A stretch of 64,000 nucleotides of DNA, taken from Bacteroidota bacterium (lineage in GTDB: Bacteria > Bacteroidota > Bacteroidia > 2-12-FULL-35-15). Position numbers and translations under genes: made by a program. Below are positions 31,745 to 42,164 of this stretch, piece after piece. The stretch lies in contig CANIFU010000007.1 of NCBI GenBank assembly GCA_947466965.1, positions 2,249-66,248 on the forward strand. The letters are read 5' to 3'. Each line of letters starts with the position of its first letter. Positions within the stretch are counted from its first letter, which is position 1. Below the pieces are notes generated by a model. It was not told the DNA's origin. It made no database searches and saw only the letters and a list, made by a program, of their open reading frames with translations.

Positions 31745-32710
31745 ATGATAATAGTAACAGGTGCAGCAGGTTTTATTGGTAGTTGTTTGGTTAGCAAACT
31801 TAACAATGAAGGGTTTATTGACCTTGTTCTCGTGGATGATTTTTCAGCTGAAGAAAAGATGAAAAATCTGGAAGGAAAAAAATATAGTCAGCAGATTCAT
31901 CGTGATGATTTTATTCAATGGCTGAAAGAAAATCAACGCATGGTACAATTTATTTTCCACATTGGTGCCCGAACGGATACTACTGAATTCAGTAAAGAAA
32001 TATTTGATAGATTGAACTTAAATTACACAAAAGATATTTGGAATATATGTGTTGAATTTGGTTTGCCATTGGTGTATGCATCATCTGCTGCAACCTATGG
32101 AATGGGCGAATACGGTTATGATGATAACGAAGCGCTTGTTGAAAAATTAAAACCATTAAATCCCTATGGCGATTCTAAAAACGAATTTGATAAGTGGGCA
32201 TTAAAGCAAGACAAAAAACCATATTTCTGGGTCGGACTTAAATTCTTTAATGTTTATGGTCCGAACGAATTTCATAAAGGAAGAATGGCATCGGTGATCA
32301 TGCATTCTTTTAATCAGATTCAAGAAAAAGGGTCTGTAAAATTATTTCGTTCTCACAATCCAGATTATAAAGATGGTGAGCAGTTGCGCGATTTCGTATA
32401 CGTTAAGGATGTTGTGGAAGTTTGCCATTTCTTGCTTCATCACCGAAAGAATTCTGGTATTTATAACCTTGGTTCCGGTAAGGCACGTACTTTTTGGGAT
32501 CTTGTTAAAAATACGTTTTCAGGAGTTGGTAAAGAAGCCAAGATTGAATTTATGGATACACCACTTGATATTCGGGATAAATACCAATATTTTACAGAAG
32601 CGAATATGGCAAAGCTAAAGTTAATTGGTTATTCAAAACCTTTTCATTCGCTGGAAGAAGGGGTGAGTGATTACGTTGAAAATTATTTAATAGGTAAGAA
32701 GTATTATTAA
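31745..32710 (+). CDS. hldD: ADP-L-glycero-D-manno-heptose 6-epimerase (NAD-dependent epimerase)
   Basis: MIIVTGAAGFIGS Rossmann N-terminus, about 320 aa, with overall HldD/RfaD pattern and a YxxxK catalytic region. Confidence 0.75.
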   Translation: MIIVTGAAGFIGSCLVSKLNNEGFIDLVLVDDFSAEEKMKNLEGKKYSQQIHRDDFIQWLKENQRMVQFIFHIGARTDTTEFSKEIFDRLNLNYTKDIWNICVEFGLPLVYASSAATYGMGEYGYDDNEALVEKLKPLNPYGDSKNEFDKWALKQDKKPYFWVGLKFFNVYGPNEFHKGRMASVIMHSFNQIQEKGSVKLFRSHNPDYKDGEQLRDFVYVKDVVEVCHFLLHHRKNSGIYNLGSGKARTFWDLVKNTFSGVGKEAKIEFMDTPLDIRDKYQYFTEANMAKLKLIGYSKPFHSLEEGVSDYVENYLIGKKYY

Positions 32711-33066
32711 ATTAACGTACGCAGGCTAATCAATCTCTCTTTAATCGTTTTTAGTTTATTTTCTATTTCCGAAAATTGATTTTTTTCAATTTTCATTTCA
32801 TGCTTTACTGTTTTTTTGTTTTCTTTCAAATATTTCTTTGCACCCTCTAATGTTAGTCCTTGTTCTTTTACAAGATTGTAAATAACTTTAAAGTTGTCAA
32901 TATCATCAGGAGTGAATAAGCGATTGCCTTTCTTGTTTTTTTTTGGCTTAATAATATCAAATTCCTTCTCCCAAAATCGAATTAAGGAAGTGTTCACTAC
33001 AAACATTTCCGAAACTTCACCAATGGTGTAGTACAATTTAATGGTATCAGTTTCTTTATATGGCAA
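32707..33066 (-). CDS. MerR-family transcriptional regulator
   Basis: N-terminal HTH (YYTIGEVSEMFVVNTSLIRFWEKEF) typical of MerR, with a C-terminal coiled-coil. Confidence 0.75.
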   Translation of the reverse strand: MPYKETDTIKLYYTIGEVSEMFVVNTSLIRFWEKEFDIIKPKKNKKGNRLFTPDDIDNFKVIYNLVKEQGLTLEGAKKYLKENKKTVKHEMKIEKNQFSEIENKLKTIKERLISLRTLI

Positions 33067-33129
33067 TGTGTTAGATTATAAATTGAAAATTATGAATTAT
33101 AAATGATACTGCATGAAAAAAAAAATATT

Positions 33130-34101
33130 TTAGTCAAACGACTGTGAGGATTGCTCCGAAAGTTCAATTAGTTTTTGATATTGTTCTGGTGTTAAGTCGC
33201 TGTAATAATAGTTGATCGGATTCATTTTTTCTCCCCCTTTTAAAACTTCATAGTGAACGTGAGGAGCCGTTGAAAGCCCCGTACTGCCTACATATCCTAT
33301 CAATTGACCCCGCTTGATTTTTTGTCCGGGGTGCACTACAAATTTTAACATATGTCCGTATAATGTTTTATAACCGTAACCGTGATTTAAAACAACATGG
33401 TTTCCGTATCCCTGAGCTGCAGCGTCTGCTCGTTCAACAGTTGCATCACCAGTGGCTCTGATTTCTGTTCCTTGAGGCGCTGCAAAATCCATTCCCGGAT
33501 GAAACTCAGGTGTTTTATAAATCGGATGGGTTCTCCATCCGAATCCGGATGGTTGGTGACGCAGGTCTTCATTGGCAATGGGTTGAATAGCAGGGATTGA
33601 AGCCAACAGTTGCGCTTTCCCTTTTACGAGCTTCACTACTTCATCAAACGATTTGGATTGAATATACAGTTGTTTACTAATACGGTCCATCCGCTTACTT
33701 GTTTCTACCATCAGATCCGAATTGTTATATCCTTGTAATTCTTTATAGCGATCTACGCCACCGAAACCAGCTTTACGGATAGAAGCAGGAATAGGTTCCG
33801 CTTCAAAGATTGTCCGGTAAATATTGTTGTCCCGCTCCTGAATATTCTCAAGAACTTCAGCAACCTCTGTCATTCTGTTATTCAAAAGTTCATATTGAAG
33901 TGAAATAACCTCATTTTCACGTCTCAATTGTTTCTCTTTTGGCGAATTCAGATATTTGAAGGCAAGTATAATAGTGATTGTTGCAAAAAATAAACCAGTA
34001 GCAAGGTATGAAAGCACTTGCCATACCCGTTTACGAATAGTCACGGTCACCTTTTCATAGGTAAGCGACTTGGTGTTGAATTTATATTTGATTTTACTCA
34101 A
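33130..34101 (-). CDS. M23-family peptidase (peptidoglycan DD-endopeptidase, LytM domain)
   Basis: HPGMDFAAPQGTEI...GNHVVLNHGYGYKTLYGHM...GSTGLSTAPHVHYEV, the HxxxD/HxH zinc motifs of M23. Has an N-terminal TM anchor and coiled-coil. Confidence 0.85.
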   Translation of the reverse strand: MSKIKYKFNTKSLTYEKVTVTIRKRVWQVLSYLATGLFFATITIILAFKYLNSPKEKQLRRENEVISLQYELLNNRMTEVAEVLENIQERDNNIYRTIFEAEPIPASIRKAGFGGVDRYKELQGYNNSDLMVETSKRMDRISKQLYIQSKSFDEVVKLVKGKAQLLASIPAIQPIANEDLRHQPSGFGWRTHPIYKTPEFHPGMDFAAPQGTEIRATGDATVERADAAAQGYGNHVVLNHGYGYKTLYGHMLKFVVHPGQKIKRGQLIGYVGSTGLSTAPHVHYEVLKGGEKMNPINYYYSDLTPEQYQKLIELSEQSSQSFD

Positions 34102-34270
34102 TTTTTCTTTTCTTTGCTTAATGCGAATTTACGCAAATAAACTAAATTTGCAATCCGTTATAAATTTGTTGTTGATAGTGCTGAGTTCGAATGCGGATAT
34201 TTTAAAAAATTTTGGTTAAAATGGATTAATTCATACAATAACTATTTTGCCAATTAACTAACTAATTTTT

Positions 34271-36928
34271 ATGGAATCAAGTAAAGTACGCCAAACATTT
34301 TTAGATTTTTTTAAGTCGAAAGAACATGAGATTGTGCCTTCATCACCAATGGTTGTCAAAAATGATCCAACGTTAATGTTTATTAATTCGGGGATGGCGC
34401 CTTTCAAAGATTTGTTTCTGGGAAATGCAACTATAAAATTTCCCCGTGTAGCGGATACACAAAAATGCCTTCGTGTTAGTGGCAAACATAACGATTTGGA
34501 AGAAGTAGGCGTAGATACATATCATCATACGATGTTTGAAATGCTTGGTAACTGGAGCTTTGGCGATTATTTTAAAAAAGATGCTATTACTTGGGCTTGG
34601 GAACTTTTAACGGAGGTTTATAAAATTGATAAGTCCCGTTTATATGTTACCGTTTTTGAAGGAAGTAAAGAGGATAATTTAGGTTTCGATCAGGAGGCCT
34701 ATGATATCTGGAAACAATTTATTCCAGAAGAACGAATCCTAAGAGGAAATAAAAAAGATAATTTCTGGGAGATGGGTGACATTGGGCCTTGTGGCCCTTG
34801 TTCTGAAATTCATTACGATGGAAGAACCGAAGAAGAAATTGCAAAAATAAGTGGCGCATTACGAGTGAATAATGATGATCCTCAAGTGATTGAAGTATGG
34901 AATAATGTATTCATGGAGTTTGAAAGAAAAGCGGATGGTTCCTTGGTAAAGCTTCCGAAACAGCATGTGGATACAGGAATGGGATTTGAGCGGCTAGTAA
35001 GAGTGTTGCAAGGCAAACAGTCAAATTATGATACAGATGTGTTTAAGCCAGTTATCGATAAAATTGAAGAGCTTTCTGGATTACGTTACAAGCCCCAAGA
35101 TGAAAATAAACATCCGAAACAACTTATTGTAAATATCGCAATGCGTGTAATTGCAGATCATATACGTGCAATATCTTTCAGTATTGCTGATGGTCAGTTG
35201 CCTTCAAATACGGGAGCCGGTTATGTCATCCGCAGGATTTTAAGAAGAGCAATCCGTTATGGATATCAATCGTTGAACTTAAGTGAACCATTTATGTATC
35301 GTTTGGTTCCAATTCTTGCAAATCAGATGGGACATGCTTTTCCTGAGCTTGTATCACAAAAATTATTGATCGAAAAGGTAATTAAAGAAGAAGAAATCGC
35401 CTTTTTCCGAACGCTTGAGAATGGTCTTAAACGTATTGATCAAGTTTGTGCTACTACCTTAAGTGAGAAGAAGCAAATAGTAGATGGTTCCATCGTTTTT
35501 GAATTGTATGATACATTTGGTTTTCCGCTCGATCTTACTTCTTTGATTGCTCGTGGCTATGGTTTAAGTATTGATGAAGCTGGTTTTCAAAAAGAATTGG
35601 AAAAACAAAAAAATCGTTCGAGAGAAGCAACTGCTGTTGATACTGGCGATTGGATACTGGTTGAAGGAAGAACGGCTGATGAAGGTGGGCGGATATTTGT
35701 CGGTTATAAACAATTGGAAGCTGAAAGTAAAATTATTCAATATCGAAAAGTAAAAGCAAAAGGGAAAGAACAATTTCAATTAGTGTTGGATCATTCCCCT
35801 TTTTATGCAGAGAGTGGTGGACAAGTTGGTGACATTGGTATATTAGAGTCGGAAAATGAAACGATTCAGATTACCGATACTAAAAAGGAAAATGGAATCA
35901 TTATTCATTTTACAGATAAACTTCCCGAAAATTTCTCAAAACCTTTTCTTGCAAAAGTAAATACGCGTAAAAGAAAATTGACTGAAAATAATCACAGTAC
36001 AACCCATTTAATGCACGCAGCATTGCGTCAGGTTCTTGGAACGCATGTGGAGCAAAAAGGAAGTTTGGTGAACGAAGAATATCTGCGATTTGATTTTTCA
36101 CATTTTTCAAAATTAACGGATGAAGAAATTACGCAGATTGAATTCATTGTGAATGAAAAAATTCGTGAAAACATTGCATCAGACATTAAAGAAATGCCGA
36201 TTGATGAAGCAAGAAAAACGGGGGCAATGGCCTTGTTTGGCGAAAAATATGGAGACTTAGTTCGCGTAGTGACATTTGATAAAAATTACTCAATTGAATT
36301 ATGTGGTGGAACACATGTTCCGGCAACTGGGCAAATTGGCCTATTCAAAATTATTTCTGAAGGAGCTGTTGCTGCGGGTATCAGACGTATTGAAGCAATT
36401 ACTTCTGTGAAGGCCGAGGCGTTTTTTAACGAGCAAATTGATTTGGTGAACGAAGTAAAAGTACTTTTGAAAAATCCGAAAGATGTGTTGAAGAGCTTGC
36501 AAGGCTTGATAGATTACAATCTCGAATTGCAAAAGCAGATTGATCAATTGCTTCATGCAAAAGCGAAAGGTATAAAGGTAGAATTGCTTGCAAAGCAAAA
36601 AGCTGTCAATGGGATTAATTTTATAGCTGAAAAAATAGATCTGGATTCTGCTGAGGCCATAAAAGATCTTTTATATGATATAAGAAATCAGGTTGATAAT
36701 TTATTTATGGTAATTGGTGCTGAGGTGAAAGGAAAACCAAGTTTGTCAATTATTATTTCGGATAACTTAGTGAAAGAAAAAAATTTGAACGCAGGAACTA
36801 TCATGCGCGACATTGCTAAGGAAATTCAAGGTGGTGGAGGGGGTCAACCGTTCTATGCAAATGCAGGTGGAAGTGACTTGCAAGGGATTTTGAAAGCGCT
36901 TGAAAAGGCGAAGACATATTTAAATTAG
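34271..36928 (+). CDS. alaS: alanine--tRNA ligase
   Basis: 885 aa with class II AlaRS catalytic core, an editing-domain HxxxH/CxxxH zinc motif region (TTHLMHAALRQVLG) and a C-terminal DHHA1-like tail. Confidence 0.95.
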   Translation: MESSKVRQTFLDFFKSKEHEIVPSSPMVVKNDPTLMFINSGMAPFKDLFLGNATIKFPRVADTQKCLRVSGKHNDLEEVGVDTYHHTMFEMLGNWSFGDYFKKDAITWAWELLTEVYKIDKSRLYVTVFEGSKEDNLGFDQEAYDIWKQFIPEERILRGNKKDNFWEMGDIGPCGPCSEIHYDGRTEEEIAKISGALRVNNDDPQVIEVWNNVFMEFERKADGSLVKLPKQHVDTGMGFERLVRVLQGKQSNYDTDVFKPVIDKIEELSGLRYKPQDENKHPKQLIVNIAMRVIADHIRAISFSIADGQLPSNTGAGYVIRRILRRAIRYGYQSLNLSEPFMYRLVPILANQMGHAFPELVSQKLLIEKVIKEEEIAFFRTLENGLKRIDQVCATTLSEKKQIVDGSIVFELYDTFGFPLDLTSLIARGYGLSIDEAGFQKELEKQKNRSREATAVDTGDWILVEGRTADEGGRIFVGYKQLEAESKIIQYRKVKAKGKEQFQLVLDHSPFYAESGGQVGDIGILESENETIQITDTKKENGIIIHFTDKLPENFSKPFLAKVNTRKRKLTENNHSTTHLMHAALRQVLGTHVEQKGSLVNEEYLRFDFSHFSKLTDEEITQIEFIVNEKIRENIASDIKEMPIDEARKTGAMALFGEKYGDLVRVVTFDKNYSIELCGGTHVPATGQIGLFKIISEGAVAAGIRRIEAITSVKAEAFFNEQIDLVNEVKVLLKNPKDVLKSLQGLIDYNLELQKQIDQLLHAKAKGIKVELLAKQKAVNGINFIAEKIDLDSAEAIKDLLYDIRNQVDNLFMVIGAEVKGKPSLSIIISDNLVKEKNLNAGTIMRDIAKEIQGGGGGQPFYANAGGSDLQGILKALEKAKTYLN

Positions 36929-36932
36929 ATAA

Positions 36933-36965
36933 AAAACTCCGAAAGCAATTTCGGAGTTTTTATTA
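36933..36965 (+). terminator. rho-independent terminator after alaS
   Basis: AAAAAACTCCGAAAGCAATTTCGGAGTTTTTATT. Confidence 0.85.
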
Positions 36966-37076
36966 TTGTATATTGATTTTTAATCATTTTATTTAAAATC
37001 ACTAAATCACATTTTAATCCTATTTAAATGACTTTTATTTCTTTTTATTCTTACTTATATTTGTAAAAAAAAACGC

Positions 37077-38456
37077 ATGAAAAAAATTAATTATTTCTTT
37101 GCTACGATTTTATTCTTTTTAACATTTATATTAAATGCGCAGCCCTATCAAATTGGTCATACCCAAATAACATATGCCGATCCTTCAAGAGGTGGACGAA
37201 ATATTCAAACGGAGATATATTATCCTACAATTACAGCGGGTACAAGTGTGCCTGTTTCTTCCGGAATGTTTCCTCTTATTGTTTTTGGACATGGTTTTGT
37301 AATGACATGGGATGCGTATCAAAATATATGGGAAAATCTTGTTCCCCAAGGTTATGTAGTTGCTTTCCCCCGAACAGAGGGAAGTATTAGTCCTGTTCAT
37401 GCCGAGTTTGGAAAAGATCTTACGTTTTTAATCACAAAGTTGCAAAGTGAAAGTGCTGTAAATGTGGCGTCCCTGTTCTATAATCATATTAATACAAAAT
37501 CAGCGATTATGGGTCACTCGATGGGAGGCGGAAGTGCATTTTTGGGTGCAGAAAGCAATCTGAATATCACAACGCTGGTAACCTTTGCCGCTGCAAATAC
37601 AACTCCCTCTTCAATTTCAGCTGCGCATAATGTCTCGATTCCTTCACTTGTATTTGCGGGAGAAAATGATTGTGTTGCTCCGCCAGCGGTACATCAAATT
37701 CCTATGTATGATTCGCTGGGGACACTTTGTAAAGCATTTATCAAGATCAAAGGAGGAGCACATTGCGAATTTGCAAACTCTAATTTTAATTGTACATTTG
37801 GTCAATTAACCTGCACACCAACACCAACAATTACTCGAACACAGCAACAAGATGTTGCATCAGATTTTCTGAAACTTTGGTTGGAATATTATTTAAAAGA
37901 TAATTGTAATTCCTGGGATGTATTCAATGACTCATTAGCTGTTTCTCCTCGCATTACTCAAAATCAATCTTGTACAATTGTTGATCCGGTAATCTCGCTT
38001 TCTGGTTCATTGCTAACATCAACACCTGCATCAACCTATCAATGGTATTTCAATGGATCGATTATTTCGGGAGCAACCTCTCAAAATTATACGGCTTTAT
38101 CGGCAGGTAATTATTACGTGGAAGTAACGTATTTCAATGGCTGTCCATATCTTTCGAATACCATAAATGTTTTTCCGACGAATGTTTTAAGTATTGGATC
38201 TAGTGATGGATTTAGCGTTTTCCCAAATCCTACGAATGAAAATCTGACAATTCTTTTTTCAGCCGAATCAACTGGTTTAATTACAATTCGACTTTCGAAT
38301 TTGATTGGAGAAATTATTTTTGAGAACTCGTTCTTTGGGATAGGAATTCAAAACCAAACTCAACCATTGTCTCTTTCAGATTTTAACAGTGGGGTTTATT
38401 TTATTGAGATAAGTTCAAGTAAAAGTAAATATGTAGAAAAAATAATAAAGCAATAA
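37077..38456 (+). CDS. secreted alpha/beta-hydrolase of the cutinase/PETase-like (dienelactone-hydrolase-fold) esterase type, with T9SS C-terminal sorting domain
   Basis: Signal peptide. YYPT oxyanion-region motif, nucleophile elbow GHSMGGG (Ser codon 37518..37520), ENDCVAP (Asp) and GGAHCEF (His), collinear with Ideonella PETase motifs YYPT / GWSMGGG / ENDSIAP / GGSHSC. C-terminus (FSVFPNPTNENLTILF...GVYFIEISSSKSKYVEKIIKQ) is a Por/T9SS CTD. Confidence 0.75.
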   Translation: MKKINYFFATILFFLTFILNAQPYQIGHTQITYADPSRGGRNIQTEIYYPTITAGTSVPVSSGMFPLIVFGHGFVMTWDAYQNIWENLVPQGYVVAFPRTEGSISPVHAEFGKDLTFLITKLQSESAVNVASLFYNHINTKSAIMGHSMGGGSAFLGAESNLNITTLVTFAAANTTPSSISAAHNVSIPSLVFAGENDCVAPPAVHQIPMYDSLGTLCKAFIKIKGGAHCEFANSNFNCTFGQLTCTPTPTITRTQQQDVASDFLKLWLEYYLKDNCNSWDVFNDSLAVSPRITQNQSCTIVDPVISLSGSLLTSTPASTYQWYFNGSIISGATSQNYTALSAGNYYVEVTYFNGCPYLSNTINVFPTNVLSIGSSDGFSVFPNPTNENLTILFSAESTGLITIRLSNLIGEIIFENSFFGIGIQNQTQPLSLSDFNSGVYFIEISSSKSKYVEKIIKQ

Positions 38457-39149
38457 TTACAGGCTTTTCTCTTTTTCGATGCGCCAGTCGATCGGTAAAA
38501 TGCCCTGATGTTCTAATATTTTATTTGACTTTGAAAAATGTCTGCAACCAAAAAAAGCACCCCTAGCAAGCGGCGAAGGGTGAGCCGTCTTTAAGATAAA
38601 GTGCTTGTCGTTATCAATTAATTCAGCTTTTGTTTGAGCAAAATTACCCCACAGTAAAAACACAACCCCTTTTTTATTGTCAGAAATGGCTTTTATGATT
38701 CCATCTGTAAATTTTTCCCAACCCTTTTTTTGATGGGAACCAGGCATTCCAGCCCTTACTGTTAGTGTAGCATTCAATAATAAAACGCCTTGGTCGGCCC
38801 ATGGTTCCAAGTTTCCATCCTTTGGAATCGGGATACTGAGATCGTCTCTTAATTCTTTGAAAACATTTACCAATGAAGGTGGTTTTCGAATGCCTGGACT
38901 AACGGAAAAGCATAATCCATTTGCTTGTCCCGGACCATGATAAGGATCTTGACCGATAATAACAACTTTTATTTTGTCGAATGGAGTCCGGTTGAGTGCC
39001 GCAAAAATCTGAGTTCCTTTTGGGTATACTAAATACTTTTTTTTCTCGTTTACCAAAAAGGTCTTTAAATCAGAAAAATAATCAGCCTTAAATTGTTCTT
39101 CTAAAACCGTTTTCCAGCTTTTATGAATATCAACATCGGATTTCGTCAT
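38457..39149 (-). CDS. ung: uracil-DNA glycosylase
   Basis: GQDPYHGPGQANGLCFSV water-activating loop plus the HPSPL motif of family-1 UNG. Confidence 0.95.
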   Translation of the reverse strand: MTKSDVDIHKSWKTVLEEQFKADYFSDLKTFLVNEKKKYLVYPKGTQIFAALNRTPFDKIKVVIIGQDPYHGPGQANGLCFSVSPGIRKPPSLVNVFKELRDDLSIPIPKDGNLEPWADQGVLLLNATLTVRAGMPGSHQKKGWEKFTDGIIKAISDNKKGVVFLLWGNFAQTKAELIDNDKHFILKTAHPSPLARGAFFGCRHFSKSNKILEHQGILPIDWRIEKEKSL

Positions 39150-39307
39150 TTTTTACGATTGATTCAGAGCAACAAAAGTAGTTTTATTTAGCATTTTAAT
39201 ACTCTTGTGTATAAAATAGTTGATAAATGGTTTGCATAAATCTAGAATTATTCTAATTTTGCATCACATCTTATGATTTTACACTATTAATTATTATAAT
39301 TCCTCTC

Positions 39308-39460
39308 ATGAAAAAAGTTTTTGTAATTGCCATTTCATTCGTTTTTGTAGGTGCTACTTTATCTTCATGCAGAAGTCATGAGCGTTGTGCTGCTTATGGA
39401 AAAATCAATAAAATTGATTCAGGAAAGAAAATTTCAGATAAAACTGAAAAGTCAATTTAA
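39308..39460 (+). CDS. possible small lipoprotein (50 aa), absent from the ORF track
   Basis: ATG at 39308: MKKVFVIAISFVFVGATLSSCRSHERCAAYGKINKIDSGKKISDKTEKSI*. Signal peptide plus lipobox in an otherwise empty 460-bp intergenic stretch. Confidence 0.35.
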   Translation: MKKVFVIAISFVFVGATLSSCRSHERCAAYGKINKIDSGKKISDKTEKSI

Positions 39461-39611
39461 TCCTAAGATTTTTTCAGATTTTTTTTTAATTATAGCAGTT
39501 TTTTGAGCGCTACTTTCTCTTTCTATAACACTGTCTCCACTTTTACCCTTTTTTTTTCAGTCGGAATCGTAAATTAAGCCTTAATTCTACTCTTTTGAAA
39601 TTCTATATTTT

Positions 39612-39959
39612 ATGAATTGGTTGCCTTTAATCACCGAAGAACAGTTGACACAAATAAATAGTTTATCTCAACAGAAAGATATTGCTGCTGTTGTTATTTT
39701 TAAACACAGTACGCGTTGTTCAATTAGTTCAATGGCACTCAATCGGTTAGAGCGTTCTTGGAATCTTCATGAACAGTCTGTTCCGGCTTATTATTTAGAT
39801 TTGTTGAATTACAGAGGCATTTCAAATGCGATTGAAAAGTTGTATGGCATAACGCACCAATCTCCACAAATTTTAGTTATTAAAAACGAGAAATGCATCT
39901 ATTCAGCCACGCATTCCGATATTTCCGCTTCTGAATTGGCAGAATTTATTAATAGTTAA
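39612..39959 (+). CDS. ytxJ: bacillithiol-system redox protein YtxJ (monothiol thioredoxin-like, DUF2847)
   Basis: 115 aa; W/L-rich N-terminus and a single TRCS-type motif (FKHSTRCSIS) as in YtxJ. Confidence 0.75.
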   Translation: MNWLPLITEEQLTQINSLSQQKDIAAVVIFKHSTRCSISSMALNRLERSWNLHEQSVPAYYLDLLNYRGISNAIEKLYGITHQSPQILVIKNEKCIYSATHSDISASELAEFINS

Positions 39960-40353
39960 AAATAAGTGTTTGTTTAATTTCAGAGCTTAGGCTTTTTGCA
40001 ACCGGACAAGTATGAGCAGCATGTTCTAATAAGGTTCTATCTTTATCAGAATAATTATTTTTTGGCATCGTAAACGCTACAATTATTTCTCCCACTCTCC
40101 TCGGATCAGAAATCATAATCTTTGTAATTTCGATGGTTGTTCCTTCAATTTTCAGAGCATGTCTTTCAGCAGCAATCCCCATGATTGTTATCATGCAGCA
40201 TCCCAAAGATGTTGCCAACAGATCGGTTGGAGAAAATGCTTCTCCTTTGCCATTGTTGTCTATTGGCGCATCGGTAAGTATTGTTATGCCCGATTGCAAA
40301 TGCGTAGATTCAGTCCGAAGACTCCCTTGGTATACTATTTTTGATGTTTTCAT
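39949..40353 (-). CDS. OsmC/Ohr-family peroxiredoxin-like protein
   Basis: 134 aa with the paired-Cys region (ATSLGCCMIT...AHTCPVAKSL) typical of OsmC. Confidence 0.8.
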   Translation of the reverse strand: MKTSKIVYQGSLRTESTHLQSGITILTDAPIDNNGKGEAFSPTDLLATSLGCCMITIMGIAAERHALKIEGTTIEITKIMISDPRRVGEIIVAFTMPKNNYSDKDRTLLEHAAHTCPVAKSLSSEIKQTLIFNY

Positions 40354-40427
40354 GGTTTTATTGCTTGGGATAAATGTGTTTTGTTTCGTATATTTGTAAT
40401 TATAATATAGTAAGCAAAGGTAAGCGA

Positions 40428-41201
40428 ATGCGTATTAATCTATATCTATTTATTTTATTTTCTCTTTTTTCTTTTTCCATTTTCGGTCAGGAGTTAAAGG
40501 ATGATCTTTCTCGTTTGGAACGTGGCGAAGATTTAAAAGTTCTTTATCGTAACGAATCCAGTATTTCACTGTATGTTCATTCTGCAGGAGGTTTGGGTTT
40601 AGCTTATCGTCGAGGATATCATGTGCATGGTACTCGTAAGCGCATGTTTGAAATTGAAGTTCAGAATTTCAGACATCCCAAAGAAATTAAAAGTGTAAAT
40701 GCCTATTACGATAATGCCAAAGGGTTTAGTTATGGTAAATTAAATTCGTTTTTGATCATCCGTCCCGGTATAGGATTTCAGAATATTTTATTTGAGAAGT
40801 TAGAGAAAAAAAATGTGGAAATTCGTTATTCTTACTTTATAGGAGCAACATTGGCTTTTGCAAAACCTGTTTACCTAGAAATTATTGTTCCAACATCAGA
40901 CCCAACCGTAAATACAATTTCAACAACACGATATGATCCGAATGAACACTTTCCTTCTGAAATTTATGGGAAAGCAAGCTTTTTTAAAGGAATTGATCAA
41001 ACCCGTATTTACCCTGGAGGTTATGCAAAAGTGGCCTTGAGCTTTGAGTATGGAAAGCGTTACAATGTAATTAAAGCAATTGAAACAGGAGCCGTACTGG
41101 ATGTTTACCCTACCGTACTTCCTATGATGGCTTTCAACAAAAATCAACAAGTATTTGTTTCTTTGTACTTGAAGATGGTATGGGGAAAGAAATGGTTTTG
41201 A
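40428..41201 (+). CDS. hypothetical secreted beta-rich protein (possible small outer-membrane barrel)
   Basis: Signal peptide MRINLYLFILFSLFSFSIFGQ. Alternating hydrophobic pattern with a C-terminal ...WGKKWF aromatic end. The listed 40374 start is an upstream extension. Confidence 0.5.
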   Translation: MRINLYLFILFSLFSFSIFGQELKDDLSRLERGEDLKVLYRNESSISLYVHSAGGLGLAYRRGYHVHGTRKRMFEIEVQNFRHPKEIKSVNAYYDNAKGFSYGKLNSFLIIRPGIGFQNILFEKLEKKNVEIRYSYFIGATLAFAKPVYLEIIVPTSDPTVNTISTTRYDPNEHFPSEIYGKASFFKGIDQTRIYPGGYAKVALSFEYGKRYNVIKAIETGAVLDVYPTVLPMMAFNKNQQVFVSLYLKMVWGKKWF

Positions 41202-41288
41202 TAAGTAGTAAATGAAAAAAATGAATGAGAAATCAATTTAGGCTCAATTCCTTTCAAGCCATTTACAAATCAAATTAATGAAATTATT

Positions 41289-42161
41289 ATGTCCGACACG
41301 CTAATATCCGAAGAAAGAAAATTTCAACGTAAACCTGATTGGTTGCGGGTTAAATTGCCAACAGGAAAAGAGTATTCTCAAGTCCGAGAAATTGTTTCTA
41401 AACATAAATTACATACAATCTGTGAAAGTGGAAATTGTCCGAATATGGGTGAATGCTGGGGTGCTGGTACTGCAACTTTTATGATTCTTGGTAATATTTG
41501 TACACGCTCCTGCGGATTTTGCAACGTTGCCACTGGAAGACCTTTATCTGTTGATCTGCAAGAGCCTGAAAGAGTTGCAGAATCAGTTCGTTTGATGAAT
41601 GTGAAACATTGCGTTATCACATCTGTTGATCGTGATGACTTAAAAGATGGTGGTTCCACTATTTGGGCGGAAACAATTAATGCAATCAGAAGAGTTAGTC
41701 CTCAAACAAAATTTGAAACACTGATTCCTGATTTTCAAGGGAAGTGGGAAAACTTACAACGTATCATTGATGTAAAGCCTGATATTGTTTCTCATAATTT
41801 AGAAACGGTTCGCCGACTTACAAAACAAGTGCGCATACAAGCAAAATACGACAGAAGTTTAGAAGTGTTAAAGCGTTTAAAAGATGCTGGTGTAAAAACA
41901 AAATGCGGTGTGATGCTTGGTTTGGGTGAAACCGAACATGAAGTAATTGAAACAATGAATGATTTGAGGGCTGTTGGTTGTGATGTATTAACATTAGGGC
42001 AATATCTTCAGCCAACCACAAAGCATTTGCCTGTTGCCGAATTTGTTCGACCGGAAGTATTCGCAAAATATAAAGAGATCGGTTTATCAAAAGGATTTCG
42101 TTTTGTTGAAAGCGGTCCGTTGGTGAGATCCTCTTATCACGCTGAAAAGCATATATTTTAA
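41289..42161 (+). CDS. lipA: lipoyl synthase
   Basis: Two Cys clusters ([12 protein letters not shown] and CTRSCGFC, the radical-SAM CxxxCxxC) and the C-terminal SSY motif. Confidence 0.95.
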   Translation: MSDTLISEERKFQRKPDWLRVKLPTGKEYSQVREIVSKHKLHTICESGNCPNMGECWGAGTATFMILGNICTRSCGFCNVATGRPLSVDLQEPERVAESVRLMNVKHCVITSVDRDDLKDGGSTIWAETINAIRRVSPQTKFETLIPDFQGKWENLQRIIDVKPDIVSHNLETVRRLTKQVRIQAKYDRSLEVLKRLKDAGVKTKCGVMLGLGETEHEVIETMNDLRAVGCDVLTLGQYLQPTTKHLPVAEFVRPEVFAKYKEIGLSKGFRFVESGPLVRSSYHAEKHIF

Positions 42162-42164
42162 AAA

